DNA from: an uncultured Ignavibacteriales bacterium
GTDB taxonomy: Bacteria; Zixibacteria; MSB-5A5; GN15; JAAZOE01
Direction: 5' to 3'
Assembly: GCA_964523575.1 (NCBI GenBank)
Contig: CAZGAV010000005.1
Location: 6,379 to 70,378 of the forward strand
DNA length: 64,000 nt
Shown in pieces: positions 51,328-61,305 of the stretch. The notes under the pieces were generated by a model. The model did not search any database. It saw only the letters and a program-made list of their open reading frames with translations, and was not told where the DNA came from. The translations under genes were made by a program, and so were the position numbers. Numbering within the stretch: position 1 is the stretch's first letter; the number at the start of each line of letters is the position of its first letter.

Positions 51328-52437
51328 ATGCCAAGTCTCAAAATAATTTATGGTTTTTTATTGATTGTCATCAGCGCTTTGATCGTTGCCGGATGCGGCG
51401 GAGACAAAGCCGCCACCCCGGAACCAACACCCGAGCCTCCAGATCCTCCAGCCGGTATTTTCGGCACTCCTATGAATTTCGATACCGACTATGAAATGGT
51501 ATTGTTGTGGGCGGACCATAGCGGGGGGAAAACCGGGACTTACAACATCTACAGAACCATCGATAACGGCGCGGTCGAGAAATTGAATGATTCGCCGATT
51601 GGCGCTTCGTCTTTCGGGCCCGGTGCCTATTATCCTTCGGTTTTATGGTTTGCCGACAGTACCTATGATACGGCTTCTTCGTCACTTTATATTTATTTCA
51701 TCAAAACCATTAATGCCGCCGGCGAAAGTGTTTCCTCGGATTCGGTCGCATGTGTCCCCAATACCATCAGCCTCATAGACGACCCTGCCGCCGGCCTTTC
51801 ACCCGACAACGAGGAAACCCTGGTGACTACTTCATTCAGCTGGAGAGAGGCCAATGGTTTCTCTTCCTATCTGCTTATGCTGATGAACGATGAGGATTAT
51901 CATATGTACTGGCCCTGGTGGATTTATCGAACCGCCGATACGACCTGCGCCCTTCATGCCGCCTCCGGCATTACATATCTGGATACGCTCGGCGTCGATC
52001 TGGAATCGGATCACGGGTACGCCTGGACGGTCTGGGCGGTCAGCGACTATAATTGCGGGCTTCAGAGGTCTGCGGCGACCTTCAAAACCCTCGACCCCGA
52101 TTTCCTGTTGACTTTCATCAACGGGACGATGTCGGCCGGGAGATATCGCATCTGCTGGAACCAGACCAACCTTTACGGGCTACAGGTGGTTCCCGGGATT
52201 TATCAGGTCCGCATGACGGCCGGGGGATTCGATACGACAATTAATTTCGATATCGTCGCCCCCGGAGATCCGGTCGGCCCGGCTGAGGTCCAAGACTGCG
52301 ACGAGGATTTCAGCGGGCTTTTGCCCGCCTCCTATACCCTCGGGCTGAATGCCGTTGATTACGGTGTCGGCGATACGATCAAAATTACGTATGATCTTCC
52401 GGTAACCGGGAATGTCAAAATCGAAATCGGGCGTTAG
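51328..52437 (+). CDS. Lipoprotein with FN3-like and FlgD-Ig-like beta-sandwich modules, unknown function
   Basis: GGGAGG RBS and lipobox LIVAGC. The C-terminal half contains ...GRYRICWNQTNLYGLQVVPGIYQVRMTAGGFDTTINFDIV, an FlgD-Ig/T9SS-CTD-like motif, but the protein does not end in a canonical CTD. Confidence 0.5.
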   Translation: MPSLKIIYGFLLIVISALIVAGCGGDKAATPEPTPEPPDPPAGIFGTPMNFDTDYEMVLLWADHSGGKTGTYNIYRTIDNGAVEKLNDSPIGASSFGPGAYYPSVLWFADSTYDTASSSLYIYFIKTINAAGESVSSDSVACVPNTISLIDDPAAGLSPDNEETLVTTSFSWREANGFSSYLLMLMNDEDYHMYWPWWIYRTADTTCALHAASGITYLDTLGVDLESDHGYAWTVWAVSDYNCGLQRSAATFKTLDPDFLLTFINGTMSAGRYRICWNQTNLYGLQVVPGIYQVRMTAGGFDTTINFDIVAPGDPVGPAEVQDCDEDFSGLLPASYTLGLNAVDYGVGDTIKITYDLPVTGNVKIEIGR

Positions 52438-52469
52438 GGCGATCGCTTATTGCGGTTGTGCCGGTTGTT

Positions 52470-53462
52470 TCAGCGGCGGTTTTTCTTGACCTTGCGGGTA
52501 TCGGCCAGGTGTTGCTGGTAGGTGGTATTGAATATATGTCGGCCGTTGCCGTCGGCCACGAAATACAGATAAGCGGTGGAATCGGGATAAAGAGCGGCGT
52601 GAATTGCGGCCATGCCCGGGGAACAGATCGGGGTCGGCGGCAAACCACTGTGAAGATAGGTATTGTAGGCTGACGGGAACTGGTAGTCTTTGATGAGCAG
52701 GTCTCGATCCAGCCCCCCCATACCGTAGATGACGGTGGGATCGGCCTGGAGTTTCATCCCGATCAGGTAACGGTTGCGATAGACCGAAGCGATGGTGCCG
52801 AACTCGGCATGATCCAGCCCTTCCATCTCGATAATCGAAGCCATCGTCAACAGGTCATTGAGCGAATATCCCATAGAATCGCATCGCGCCATCAGGCTGT
52901 CGTCGAGTCGGTTCCTTAACTGCTCGACCATAGCCGAAATCGCCTCCTGCCCCGATATGCCCCATTCAAAACGATAGGTTTCGGGGAAAAGATACCCCTC
53001 GCCGAAACCGTCCGGCACGCCCAGCCCGGCCAGAAAAGAGGAATCCCTGACAAGGCTGTCGAAAATTTCATGGCTGGTGCCGCATCGCTGGTTCAACAGA
53101 GTTCCGATCTGGCGGAGGTTATAGCCTTCAGGAATCGTAACGGTCATGAAGGCGATTTCGCCCCGCCATAATTTTCGAAGGATTTTGTAGTTGGAGGTTT
53201 TTTGGGTGAAATCATAGCGGCCGGGAATCACCCGGTGATCGAGGCCGATCAGGATTCCGACTTTGGAAAAAATCCAGGGTGAGCGGAGGACGTCGCGGTC
53301 CTTCAGCTTGCGCACTAACTGATAGAAACGGTCTCCGGATTCGACATAAACCGAGGCGGCGTATATTCGATGGGGATAAAACAGCCACCAGCCGGCGGTC
53401 AGAGACGCCAAAACCATCAGAATAACGCCGCTTAAGAAAATCCTTTTGACCAATCTATTCAT
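52470..53462 (-). CDS. mltG: Endolytic murein transglycosylase MltG (YceG-like)
   Basis: N-terminal TM helix followed by a YceG domain (…IPEGYNLRQI…GYLFPETYRF…LTMASIIEMEG…NTYLHSGLPPTPICSPG…). Conserved ruvX-mltG synteny. Confidence 0.85.
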   Translation of the reverse strand: MNRLVKRIFLSGVILMVLASLTAGWWLFYPHRIYAASVYVESGDRFYQLVRKLKDRDVLRSPWIFSKVGILIGLDHRVIPGRYDFTQKTSNYKILRKLWRGEIAFMTVTIPEGYNLRQIGTLLNQRCGTSHEIFDSLVRDSSFLAGLGVPDGFGEGYLFPETYRFEWGISGQEAISAMVEQLRNRLDDSLMARCDSMGYSLNDLLTMASIIEMEGLDHAEFGTIASVYRNRYLIGMKLQADPTVIYGMGGLDRDLLIKDYQFPSAYNTYLHSGLPPTPICSPGMAAIHAALYPDSTAYLYFVADGNGRHIFNTTYQQHLADTRKVKKNRR

Positions 53463-53633
53463 GGCGTCGCAGTTTTTCCCATGCTCGCAAAATTTTCGCC
53501 GCCGGCCACAGAATCAGGAGCAACAGGTTCCAGCTCCAATAATGGAGACGGGCCCTGATAGTGGGGCGAAATCGCGCCGGCCCCGAAGCCGGCAACTCAT
53601 TTTTGATACGCCGCAAGACGCTTTTGTGTCCCT

Positions 53634-54074
53634 CTAATATGATCGGTCGTCTTCCAGATTTTGTCGATCCAAAAAGCTCTGGAGAATAATGGCGGCCGAA
53701 ATTCGGTCGATTTTGTCCTTGTGCCCCTTGATCTTCTTGCCGTAAGCATGAAGAATATTCTCGGCTTGGCGGGAGCTAAGACGTTCATCCTCAAAATAGA
53801 CCGGAATCGGGCATTCCCTTTTCAATTTTTCCGCGAATTTTTCGACTTCCCGAGACTGCTCCGAAGCCTCGCCCGAAAGGTTCAGGGGCAAGCCCAGAAC
53901 GACGCCGATCACCTGATATTCGGCGATAACGGCGCAAACCTTTGCGACGGCGTCGTCTATGCCTTTGACCAGGATGGTCTCCCGGGCCTGGGCGATCAGG
54001 CCGCCGGGATCGGAAACGGCCACGCCGATACGCCGTCCGCCGAGATCGAGACCGAGAAATCGTTTTTCTTCCAT
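53634..54074 (-). CDS. ruvX: Holliday junction resolvase-like nuclease RuvX/YqgF
   Basis: FLGLDLGGRRIGVAVSDPGGLIAQ... and ...VVLGLPLNLSGEASEQS...DERLSS are canonical YqgF motifs. Confidence 0.9.
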   Translation of the reverse strand: MEEKRFLGLDLGGRRIGVAVSDPGGLIAQARETILVKGIDDAVAKVCAVIAEYQVIGVVLGLPLNLSGEASEQSREVEKFAEKLKRECPIPVYFEDERLSSRQAENILHAYGKKIKGHKDKIDRISAAIILQSFLDRQNLEDDRSY

Positions 54075-54123
54075 GGACGCAAATTAGGATAATAAAGGGT
54101 AAATGTCAATCGCCGACCGGGCA

Positions 54124-54157
54124 TAACAAAGCCCCGCTTCCTTGCGGAAGCGGGGCT
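54124..54157 (-). terminator. Rho-independent terminator of the large T9SS cargo gene
   Basis: AGCCCCGCTTCC-TTGC-GGAAGCGGGGCT is a perfect 12-bp stem. The minus-strand tail reads TTGTTAT. Confidence 0.6.
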
Positions 54158-54192
54158 AATGATTGAACAAGCTGTGTTTCTGAGTAAACAGT

Positions 54193-56793
54193 TTACTTCA
54201 TCAGTAGCATCTTCTTCGTGGCCGAGAACTGTCCAGCCTGGGCCTTGTAGAAGTACATACCGGAAGCGACCTGGTTACCGGAAGCATCCTTACCATCCCA
54301 TACGATCGACACCACACCGGCGCTGGCATTGCCATCGTAAGTGCGGATCAACTGGCCGGCAATATTGTAGATCGCGACGGAATAATCCGAGGCGACCGGC
54401 AGAGCCAGGTTGATCGTGGTCGTCGGGTTGAACGGGTTAGGATAGTTCTGGGCGAGGTCGAATTTCGACGGCAGAATGCGTGAGGTCGAGCTCAGCACGT
54501 TGCCGTAGAAGTCGGCCGCATCAATCTCGGTCAGGTTAACGTCGCCGGTGACCGGAACGGTCAACAGGACATTCTCGCCATTCATGATGGCTTCCCTGCC
54601 CAGACTGTAAACCAGGACGTTCAGCTCGTTGCCGCTGACGCTATACTTGAGATCCATACCGTTGGCGCCGGCGCCCAGAATCGGGGTACCGACTTCGCCG
54701 GTGAACTCAAAGCGCATCAGCACGGCTCCCACCTTATCTTCAGCAGTATAACCGACAGTCATCTGCTGTCCGACAACCTGAGTCCGGATGGCAATCGCAT
54801 TGGCACCGGGTTCGGTCTTCGGATAAGGTTGGGCGTCACCCTGAATGATACGGACCAGGTAAACCAGGTCGGCAACAGACAGGGTAATACCGTCGTTGTT
54901 GACATCGGAGGCCGCAATGGAGGACTCGATGTGATTGCCGAAAGCAACCAAGCCGTTAATGAAGTAATTGGTGAGCATAACGGCGTCTGCGATTTCGTTC
55001 GGCAGACCGTTGGCGTTGATGTCACCACGGGCATCGATACTATCGCTACAGGCGACATCTACACCGCCGTCTTTGAAGTCGATAGCACGAAGCGGGAGTT
55101 CCTTGTCACCCAGCAGACAGACGGCATCAACGCCGCCGCCGAAGTAGTTCGGAAGCTCTCCGAACATGGTGATATCATTCCCTTCAAAGTCGAAGACTCT
55201 GTCTGCGAGGAAGAGAGTGTCACCGAACTGCGACGCAATACTATTGTCGGCGCAGTCTGTCCAGAAGAACCGGACCGGCAGATACATGCACTCAAAGGTG
55301 CGATCGTTGGAGACAAAGAACTTCAAAACTGCCAATTCCGTACCGCACTGGTCGCTGTTATAGCCGGTCGGATGCACGGAGCCGTTGTTGGTCTCAGCCA
55401 GCGCAACAATGCGCAGCAGACCTGACGGACAGGCATCACCGCAGTTACCGGTAGCGCCAAAACGATAGGTGAAGTACTCCCAATGGCAATTATCGAAAAT
55501 TTCGCCGGGGAGGGCTTCAACGAAGGTCAAGCCGGGGGCATCATAAGCGATCAGGAAATCATAACCGCCCATGTTCATTGACGTGTAGGAATCGTCAAGA
55601 TTGAGGCCCAGAGTGGCATAATGACCCTGGAGGGTGCCGTGAGTCTTGTCAATCGAGACACGGAACTTCGGATCGACGTGCACGAAGAAGCTGCAGGTGT
55701 CGGCGTTAGCCGTATTGCAGGCATCGAGAAGCGCGCCGTCAGTGACAATCACGGTGAACTCCCAGGTACCCAGGAAGGCATTATCTTCCGAGGTGACCCA
55801 GGTGAAGTCGCCGGTGCTGGCATCGAGCATCGGACCGCCAGGATAGGAGGCCGGGTCGACCAGCATATAAGTCAGAGCCGAAGGACCACCATCAGGATCG
55901 ACAGCCGTCACCGAAGCGTTGGCAGTCTGACCCCAAAGAATATTGATAACCTCGTCGGGACAAGTGATTTCAGGGGGCTCGTTGAGTACGTTAATATCGA
56001 ATTCACAGATCGCCTCACCACCGAAATCATCGGTAACCTTGACTACGACGGTATGGCAACCAACGTCGCCGCCGCCGGTAACCCACTGGAACAAACCAGT
56101 CGCGGAATTGACGCTGCCCGGACCACTCACCTTGGTGAAGTGGAGAGCATCGCAACCGCAGTCGAGATCGGCATCATCTGCCGTCAAGGTCACTGAGACA
56201 TTGTCACCCCAATAGATCTCATAATCATCGGGGCAAAAAGTGAAATACGGAGCCGTATTGACAACGTTCACGGCGCCGGAAGTCACGGTCGGGGTGATTA
56301 CGCCAGCGTCGGCGCCGACAAAAGTCGTCGCCTTGGTGTCGCCATTGCAATCGTAGGTGCCTGCATCCAGAGAGGCCGTACCCAGCTGACAGTCGGAAAT
56401 ATACTGCAGCTCAAGCGTGGCAATCTGGCCACTGCCCGCAAGAAGGCCGGTCTCTTCCAGTTTTACAGCACCAAAACGGAATACGCCACCACCGAGGTCG
56501 CCGATCGGGAAACGCTGATCGAGAGCTTCGGGGAAGCCCATCCGGTCATCAAAAGCAATGCCTGTCACAACCAGATTGACGCCGGAAATAGTCACTACCT
56601 GACCGATAATATCCAGAGCGGCCAGGTCGACACCATTGTCAACCATGACAGGAACGTACACCTTTTCACCAGCGGGTTTCGGGCAATCATTAACAGTACC
56701 AAAAGTAACCGTCTGTGCATTCGCGTAGGAAGCTGAAATCAGAAGCAGAAACGAGGCCAGCAATGATAAAATAAGTAGCTTGTTTTGCTTCAT
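54193..56793 (-). CDS. Large surface protein: cohesin-like + cadherin/He_PIG-like + cohesin-like + dockerin + T9SS C-terminal sorting domain
   Basis: The start MKQNKLLILSLLASFLLLISASYANA (AAGGAG RBS) is preferred over the track's TTG. Dockerin: DINANGLPNEIADAVMLTNYFI...DVNNDGITLSVADLVYLVRII. T9SS/FlgD-Ig CTD: LAQNYPNPFNPTTTINLALP...VAIYNIAGQLIRTY...VWDGKDASGNQVASGMYFYKAQAGQFSATKKMLLMK. Cohesin-like segments: PAGEKVYVPVMVDNGVDLAALDI..., GGYDFLIAYDAPGLTFVEALPGEIF.... Confidence 0.8.
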   Translation of the reverse strand: MKQNKLLILSLLASFLLLISASYANAQTVTFGTVNDCPKPAGEKVYVPVMVDNGVDLAALDIIGQVVTISGVNLVVTGIAFDDRMGFPEALDQRFPIGDLGGGVFRFGAVKLEETGLLAGSGQIATLELQYISDCQLGTASLDAGTYDCNGDTKATTFVGADAGVITPTVTSGAVNVVNTAPYFTFCPDDYEIYWGDNVSVTLTADDADLDCGCDALHFTKVSGPGSVNSATGLFQWVTGGGDVGCHTVVVKVTDDFGGEAICEFDINVLNEPPEITCPDEVINILWGQTANASVTAVDPDGGPSALTYMLVDPASYPGGPMLDASTGDFTWVTSEDNAFLGTWEFTVIVTDGALLDACNTANADTCSFFVHVDPKFRVSIDKTHGTLQGHYATLGLNLDDSYTSMNMGGYDFLIAYDAPGLTFVEALPGEIFDNCHWEYFTYRFGATGNCGDACPSGLLRIVALAETNNGSVHPTGYNSDQCGTELAVLKFFVSNDRTFECMYLPVRFFWTDCADNSIASQFGDTLFLADRVFDFEGNDITMFGELPNYFGGGVDAVCLLGDKELPLRAIDFKDGGVDVACSDSIDARGDINANGLPNEIADAVMLTNYFINGLVAFGNHIESSIAASDVNNDGITLSVADLVYLVRIIQGDAQPYPKTEPGANAIAIRTQVVGQQMTVGYTAEDKVGAVLMRFEFTGEVGTPILGAGANGMDLKYSVSGNELNVLVYSLGREAIMNGENVLLTVPVTGDVNLTEIDAADFYGNVLSSTSRILPSKFDLAQNYPNPFNPTTTINLALPVASDYSVAIYNIAGQLIRTYDGNASAGVVSIVWDGKDASGNQVASGMYFYKAQAGQFSATKKMLLMK

Positions 56794-57197
56794 TACACTG
56801 CTCCTTTGTAATTTGTTCAATATGGCCTCAGTGTAAAGAGTAATTAGGCCATAATGAAATTCAAGGAACCTTTTTAGAGTTTAAGCCTCTGTTTTACGAG
56901 AAGTATCGCTAATGTCGCCTTTCAACCTCGGAAGTCAGTCAAGTAAGTAAGTTGGATGAAAAGCGCACTAAACCACCTCACGTTAAACATTGAGAGTTAA
57001 AATCTCAGTAAAAAGGCTTTCGTAAGAGCAAACATGTAACTAGATGTACTTTGAAGTAAGTACTATGCTAAGCTACTCAAGGTGCGATTGAATCTCGCAA
57101 GGTGCGACAAAACACAACTAATCCCTAGACAATCAAAAGGTAATGTTTTCTGCCGATTTGTCAAGCGATATTTTGGCGCAATATTTGCACAAATTCT

Positions 57198-58535
57198 CTA
57201 AATTCGGGCAGTTACGCCGAATGAGAGAAGCAGTAAATCGGTGTCATCCGACTGGCTGTCGTGGCTTTCAAACGACCCGTCCAGCATTAAATTGAAGGAA
57301 AGATTTTTGAAGGGGGAATAATTGGCCAGTAGGGCCACCGACCATATATTGTATGATGACAAGAAACTTTCTCCCTGACTGTAACTCCTTCGTCCGTAAG
57401 TGACTTCGCCATTGAAAAAGATCGCCCGCCGATTAAGAAAATCGGCCTGCAATCCCATCTCCCATTGACTGTAAGTCTCCGAAAAGGCGCCCAGATCCTC
57501 GTCCAGCCCGGCTTCTTCATTACGATATTCCAACCGGAGCAGGGGTCCCCACCCGAATCCGTCAAGTCTCATGGTGCCATTGACTTCGCCCCGATACAGG
57601 GTATAATTTCGATTGATGATGTCGGGAACACTGTAACGGTAGAGATCGGTCTGAATATTTCCCCCGATTTCGTAATGGCGGCCAACGGTATGGCTCAAAC
57701 TCCCCCGAAAATTGAAGGCCCAGAAATCGTCACGCCCATCGGGCTGGAAATAGTCGCGGGCTTCAAAATCTCCGTTAAGGCTGATATTCAGCCGCGGTCC
57801 AAAATCTATATACTCCACCTCGACGCGGGTCTGATTATAGCCGGCAAGGGTCGAATCCGGGACGTGACGACGCCGATACCCAAGGCGCCAGGACAATTCC
57901 CGGCCGAACTCCGAAATCGCCAGATCGCCGCCGATCCAGCCGGAAAACATCGAATAATCGAAATATGAAAAAATCGGCGTCACCGCCAAGCTTTCGGCGC
58001 TGTCAGTCGGCTGGTCGGCGAATGATATCGATTCATAACCGGTTTTGAAGTTGAGACTGAATGACCGGTTCAGACGTTTACGACCGCCCAGCCAGGTTTC
58101 GAAATAATTGTATTCCTCGATCCGGTAATCGTCGTCGGAGGTCGGGGCCTTGGATTCAAATTTTCCCGATACCTTCAAATTATTGTCATATTCTCCAAAA
58201 CGATAATACGCCTCGGTCCGCCCCAATCGGCGGTCATTGGAGAGCTGAAAATCGGCCAGCAAATTCAATCGGTGATCGGAATTTTGAAGGTCGTATCTCA
58301 AATCGGTTTTTAGAATAAAATCGTTGATCTCATCCTGGGCCAGTTGCCAGACTTCCAGAACATCCACGGTTGTCGTATCCAGAATGGAGCTGTAATATTG
58401 CTGGGTTATATATTGATATTCGCCCCCGACGGCCGCGGAAAACCCGTTGTTACCAGAAAAATCGGCGGCAACAGACATTGAGGCCGTTGCCGCCAGTAAA
58501 AGGCAAATAAGAATGCGCGTTCCCGATTCCGGCAA
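57198..58535 (-). CDS. Outer-membrane beta-barrel protein, unknown family
   Basis: Signal peptide (ILICLLLAATASMSVAA), with amphipathic beta-strand periodicity and Tyr/Arg/Asp/Asn-rich loops throughout. The TTG start has a GGAGAA RBS and lies 5 nt after the upstream stop. Confidence 0.6.
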   Translation of the reverse strand: MPESGTRILICLLLAATASMSVAADFSGNNGFSAAVGGEYQYITQQYYSSILDTTTVDVLEVWQLAQDEINDFILKTDLRYDLQNSDHRLNLLADFQLSNDRRLGRTEAYYRFGEYDNNLKVSGKFESKAPTSDDDYRIEEYNYFETWLGGRKRLNRSFSLNFKTGYESISFADQPTDSAESLAVTPIFSYFDYSMFSGWIGGDLAISEFGRELSWRLGYRRRHVPDSTLAGYNQTRVEVEYIDFGPRLNISLNGDFEARDYFQPDGRDDFWAFNFRGSLSHTVGRHYEIGGNIQTDLYRYSVPDIINRNYTLYRGEVNGTMRLDGFGWGPLLRLEYRNEEAGLDEDLGAFSETYSQWEMGLQADFLNRRAIFFNGEVTYGRRSYSQGESFLSSYNIWSVALLANYSPFKNLSFNLMLDGSFESHDSQSDDTDLLLLSFGVTARI

Positions 58536-58540
58536 CTATT

Positions 58541-59800
58541 TTATTCTCCAAGAAAGTTCGCAATCCTCGCCAGGGTTCGCTCGGCTGTTTCCAGCTGAGC
58601 CTGCGCCGCCGCATAATCGCCTGCTCGGTACAAAGCTGTGGCTTTTGCCAGCATTTCCCTGGCTTCGGTCAATTCCGTTTGCAATCGCCGATCGCCAGAG
58701 GCGCCAACCTTGGCCTCAAGCCGCGCCGCCTCATTGTGGACCAGTTCTAATCCCTGTTCGACCATCACCGGCTTTTCGACCGTTTCGGCAACCTGAGTCA
58801 TGATTTGCCGGGCCGCCTGAACCTGGGCTGCAGCTTGATTGTAATCGCCGCGGTCGTAAGATGCCGACGCTTTGTTTAGATGATCGTGCGCGCTTTGATA
58901 TTGCTGTTTCACCGCCCGGTCGCCGTATTGATCGACCTGGCTTTCGATATAAGCGGCCATTTTCTCGACATCTTCAATGGCGGTCTTTATTTTGGCCGGT
59001 TCCCTGAGATCTTCAGCGGCCCGGGTCAGTATCTCGACCGCCTTTTGCATGGTCTTTTCCGCCTGGCCATACCGGCCGTTACCGGAGACCATTTCATCGG
59101 CCTGTGTCTGGAGATTTTCGGCGTTTTCGAGCGCCCGTTTGACTTCCGGACGATTGATATCTTCGCTTAGCCGAATCCTCTCCCGCAGAGCCAGATACCT
59201 TTCCGTCTGGGCCTGGTACCTTTGCTGAGTCTTCTGATAACCATTCGATTTTCCGGCGGCATCCTTCAGCGATTTTTCCACTTGCAGGGTCATCTGCAGG
59301 GAGGCCTTTAGGCGGCGATTACGGAATAATTCAACGGCCCTCTGTTGTTTATCATGCGCCGAATCGAGCATAAGGCGGAGGCCTTCCGAGGCATCCGGGC
59401 CGACTCGTTCCTCGATCTGACGGATCAAATCGTCGGTGCGTTCCAGACGCCCCCGGACATAATCTTCGTTTTCCGCCGCCTGGCGGGTGATGGCGATGGC
59501 CCGCTGGGCTTTCTCGCGAGCGTTCAGGGTATATTTGCCGGCCCGCTGGACCATCATTTCATTCATCGGGCCGAAGGCGACCACGTCACGGGCCATCTTC
59601 TGCAGGTTAATGGCCATCTCCAGCTGGTTGTGAGCCTGCTCCGAGCCGCTTTCCTGAACCGCTTCCCGAGCCCGTGCAATAACTTCGTCGGTCTTCTCCA
59701 TGGCGCCCATCAGGCGAGCGCCATCGCCGCCCATTTGGGCCCATCCCACGGCGCTCCAGGCCAGAGAAAGCAAAACCAACAGCGTTATTTTAGTTTTCAT
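58541..59800 (-). CDS. Secreted all-helical repeat protein, unknown function
   Basis: Signal peptide (LLVLLSLAWSAVGWA). There are repeated ~35-aa helical units with an A-x-x-L-(Y/F)-R-x-G-D-Y-x-x-A pattern (KASASYDRGDYNQAAAQVQAARQIM; KATALYRAGDYAAAQAQLETAERTL). Confidence 0.6.
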   Translation of the reverse strand: MKTKITLLVLLSLAWSAVGWAQMGGDGARLMGAMEKTDEVIARAREAVQESGSEQAHNQLEMAINLQKMARDVVAFGPMNEMMVQRAGKYTLNAREKAQRAIAITRQAAENEDYVRGRLERTDDLIRQIEERVGPDASEGLRLMLDSAHDKQQRAVELFRNRRLKASLQMTLQVEKSLKDAAGKSNGYQKTQQRYQAQTERYLALRERIRLSEDINRPEVKRALENAENLQTQADEMVSGNGRYGQAEKTMQKAVEILTRAAEDLREPAKIKTAIEDVEKMAAYIESQVDQYGDRAVKQQYQSAHDHLNKASASYDRGDYNQAAAQVQAARQIMTQVAETVEKPVMVEQGLELVHNEAARLEAKVGASGDRRLQTELTEAREMLAKATALYRAGDYAAAQAQLETAERTLARIANFLGE

Positions 59801-59837
59801 AGGCTTCGTTCCTTCTTCTTATCACTGCGAAGAAGAA

Positions 59838-59853
59838 CTCAATAATCATGCCA
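59838..59853 (-). promoter_or_regulatory. Sigma-54 promoter candidate upstream of the 59800 operon
   Basis: The minus strand reads TGGCATGATTATTGAG versus TGGCACG-N4-TTGCW. Spacing is correct and there are two mismatches, including -12 GA in place of GC. It lies ~38 nt upstream of the ATG at 59800. The TTCTTCTT/AAGAAGAA hairpin lies in the predicted leader. Confidence 0.4.
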
Positions 59854-59976
59854 GTCTCGGGAATGGCCTTATAGTTGACTATGTTATTAGAATATAACAT
59901 CTTACTACAAAATACAAATCAAAAACAGGCTCGTCCGGTGTACCATACCGGTCATATGTACCGCATCGGACAGCAT

Positions 59977-61305
59977 TTACGGTTTGAGGTCGTGGATTTT
60001 CATGCGGGAATAGAGCCGCCGGCGGCTGATACCCAGCATCTTAGCTGCCTCGGTCTTATTACCGTCGGTCCGCTCCAGAGCCTCCTGAATCATCTTTTTT
60101 TCGCTTTCGCCCAATGATCGATTGCCGATTGCCACAGACTCGGCATCGGGATTTTCATCATCGTCGATACCGATGCAAGTCGGATCGATCGGCTCATTGC
60201 CGGCCAGAATCATGGCCCGATCCAGAATATTTTTCATTTCCCGGATATTTCCCGGCCAGGAATATTGCGCCAGAATATCAAGAATTTCGGCGTCAAGGTC
60301 CGGGTGAGCGAAATTAGCCTTCTGAAGGAAGTATTTGGCCAGCAATGTAATATCCTCGGCCCTTTCTCTCAATGGCGGCATCGTGATGGGAAAGACGTTA
60401 ATTCGAAAATACAAATCTTCGCGGAACCGGCCGTCTCTTACCAGGTCCTTCAGATTTCGATTGGTGGCCGTCAGGAGGCGGAGATCGACCGTGATTTCAT
60501 CCACGCCGCCGACCCGGGTCAATGTCTGCTCCTCCAGGACACGCAATAATTTCGACTGCAAACCCGAGGACATTTCGCCGATCTCATCGAGGAAAATAGT
60601 TCCGCCATCGGCCAGTTCGAATCGGCCCGGCTTGCGGGCGACGGCCCCGGTGAAGGCCCCTTTCTCGTGGCCGAATAATTCCGATTCCAGCAGAGTTTCC
60701 GTCAGGGCGGCGCAATTGACGGCGATAAACGGTTTTCCCCGGCGATGGGACAAATTATGTATCATCTTCGCGGCCAATTCCTTGCCGGTTCCGGATTCGC
60801 CCGTGATGAGGACCGCGGTATCGGTAACGGCAACTTTTTTCAAAAGTTCCAACAGCTTCCTGGTGGCCGGGGCCTGACCGATAAATTCATCATAGGCGAG
60901 GGCGTCATAATCTTTTTCCCGCAATTCCTTTAGTTGGCGGGTGTGGCGAGCATTCAGCAGACGCCCGGCCTGCAGGGTCAATTCATCCAGAGGAAAAGGT
61001 TTGATAAGGTAATCGGAAGCGCCCTTTTTCATGGCCTCGACTGCGGTTTTGACCTCGGCGAAAGCGGTCATCATGATGACCAGAGTATCCGGACGATTTT
61101 GTCGCAACCAGCTGAGGATTTCCATACCATCCGGCGCCGGCAGGCGGATATCGCTGACAACCAGATCATACGACTGCTTTTGAAGCCGCTCCATTGCCTC
61201 CCGGCCGGTGCCGGCGGTATCCACCGCATGGCCGCCCTCGCCCAAAGTAGAGGCGATCAGCATCGTCATTTTCGGTTCATCGTCGATTACCAGTATCCGG
61301 CTCAT
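59977..61305 (-). CDS. Sigma-54-dependent response regulator (NtrC/AtoC family)
   Basis: REC domain (ILVIDDEP...[10 protein letters not shown]). AAA+ domain ([23 protein letters not shown]). HTH ([17 protein letters not shown]). Overlaps the upstream HK gene by 4 nt. Confidence 0.9.
   Translation of the reverse strand: MSRILVIDDEPKMTMLIASTLGEGGHAVDTAGTGREAMERLQKQSYDLVVSDIRLPAPDGMEILSWLRQNRPDTLVIMMTAFAEVKTAVEAMKKGASDYLIKPFPLDELTLQAGRLLNARHTRQLKELREKDYDALAYDEFIGQAPATRKLLELLKKVAVTDTAVLITGESGTGKELAAKMIHNLSHRRGKPFIAVNCAALTETLLESELFGHEKGAFTGAVARKPGRFELADGGTIFLDEIGEMSSGLQSKLLRVLEEQTLTRVGGVDEITVDLRLLTATNRNLKDLVRDGRFREDLYFRINVFPITMPPLRERAEDITLLAKYFLQKANFAHPDLDAEILDILAQYSWPGNIREMKNILDRAMILAGNEPIDPTCIGIDDDENPDAESVAIGNRSLGESEKKMIQEALERTDGNKTEAAKMLGISRRRLYSRMKIHDLKP

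Noticed and set aside
57174-57189. TGGCGCAATATTTGCA, an excellent sigma-54 consensus match on the + strand
   Set aside because: It points into the 3' end of the convergent minus-strand gene 57198-58535, with no downstream + strand ORF. It could drive an antisense RNA, but without expression data I treat it as a chance match in an AT-rich region.
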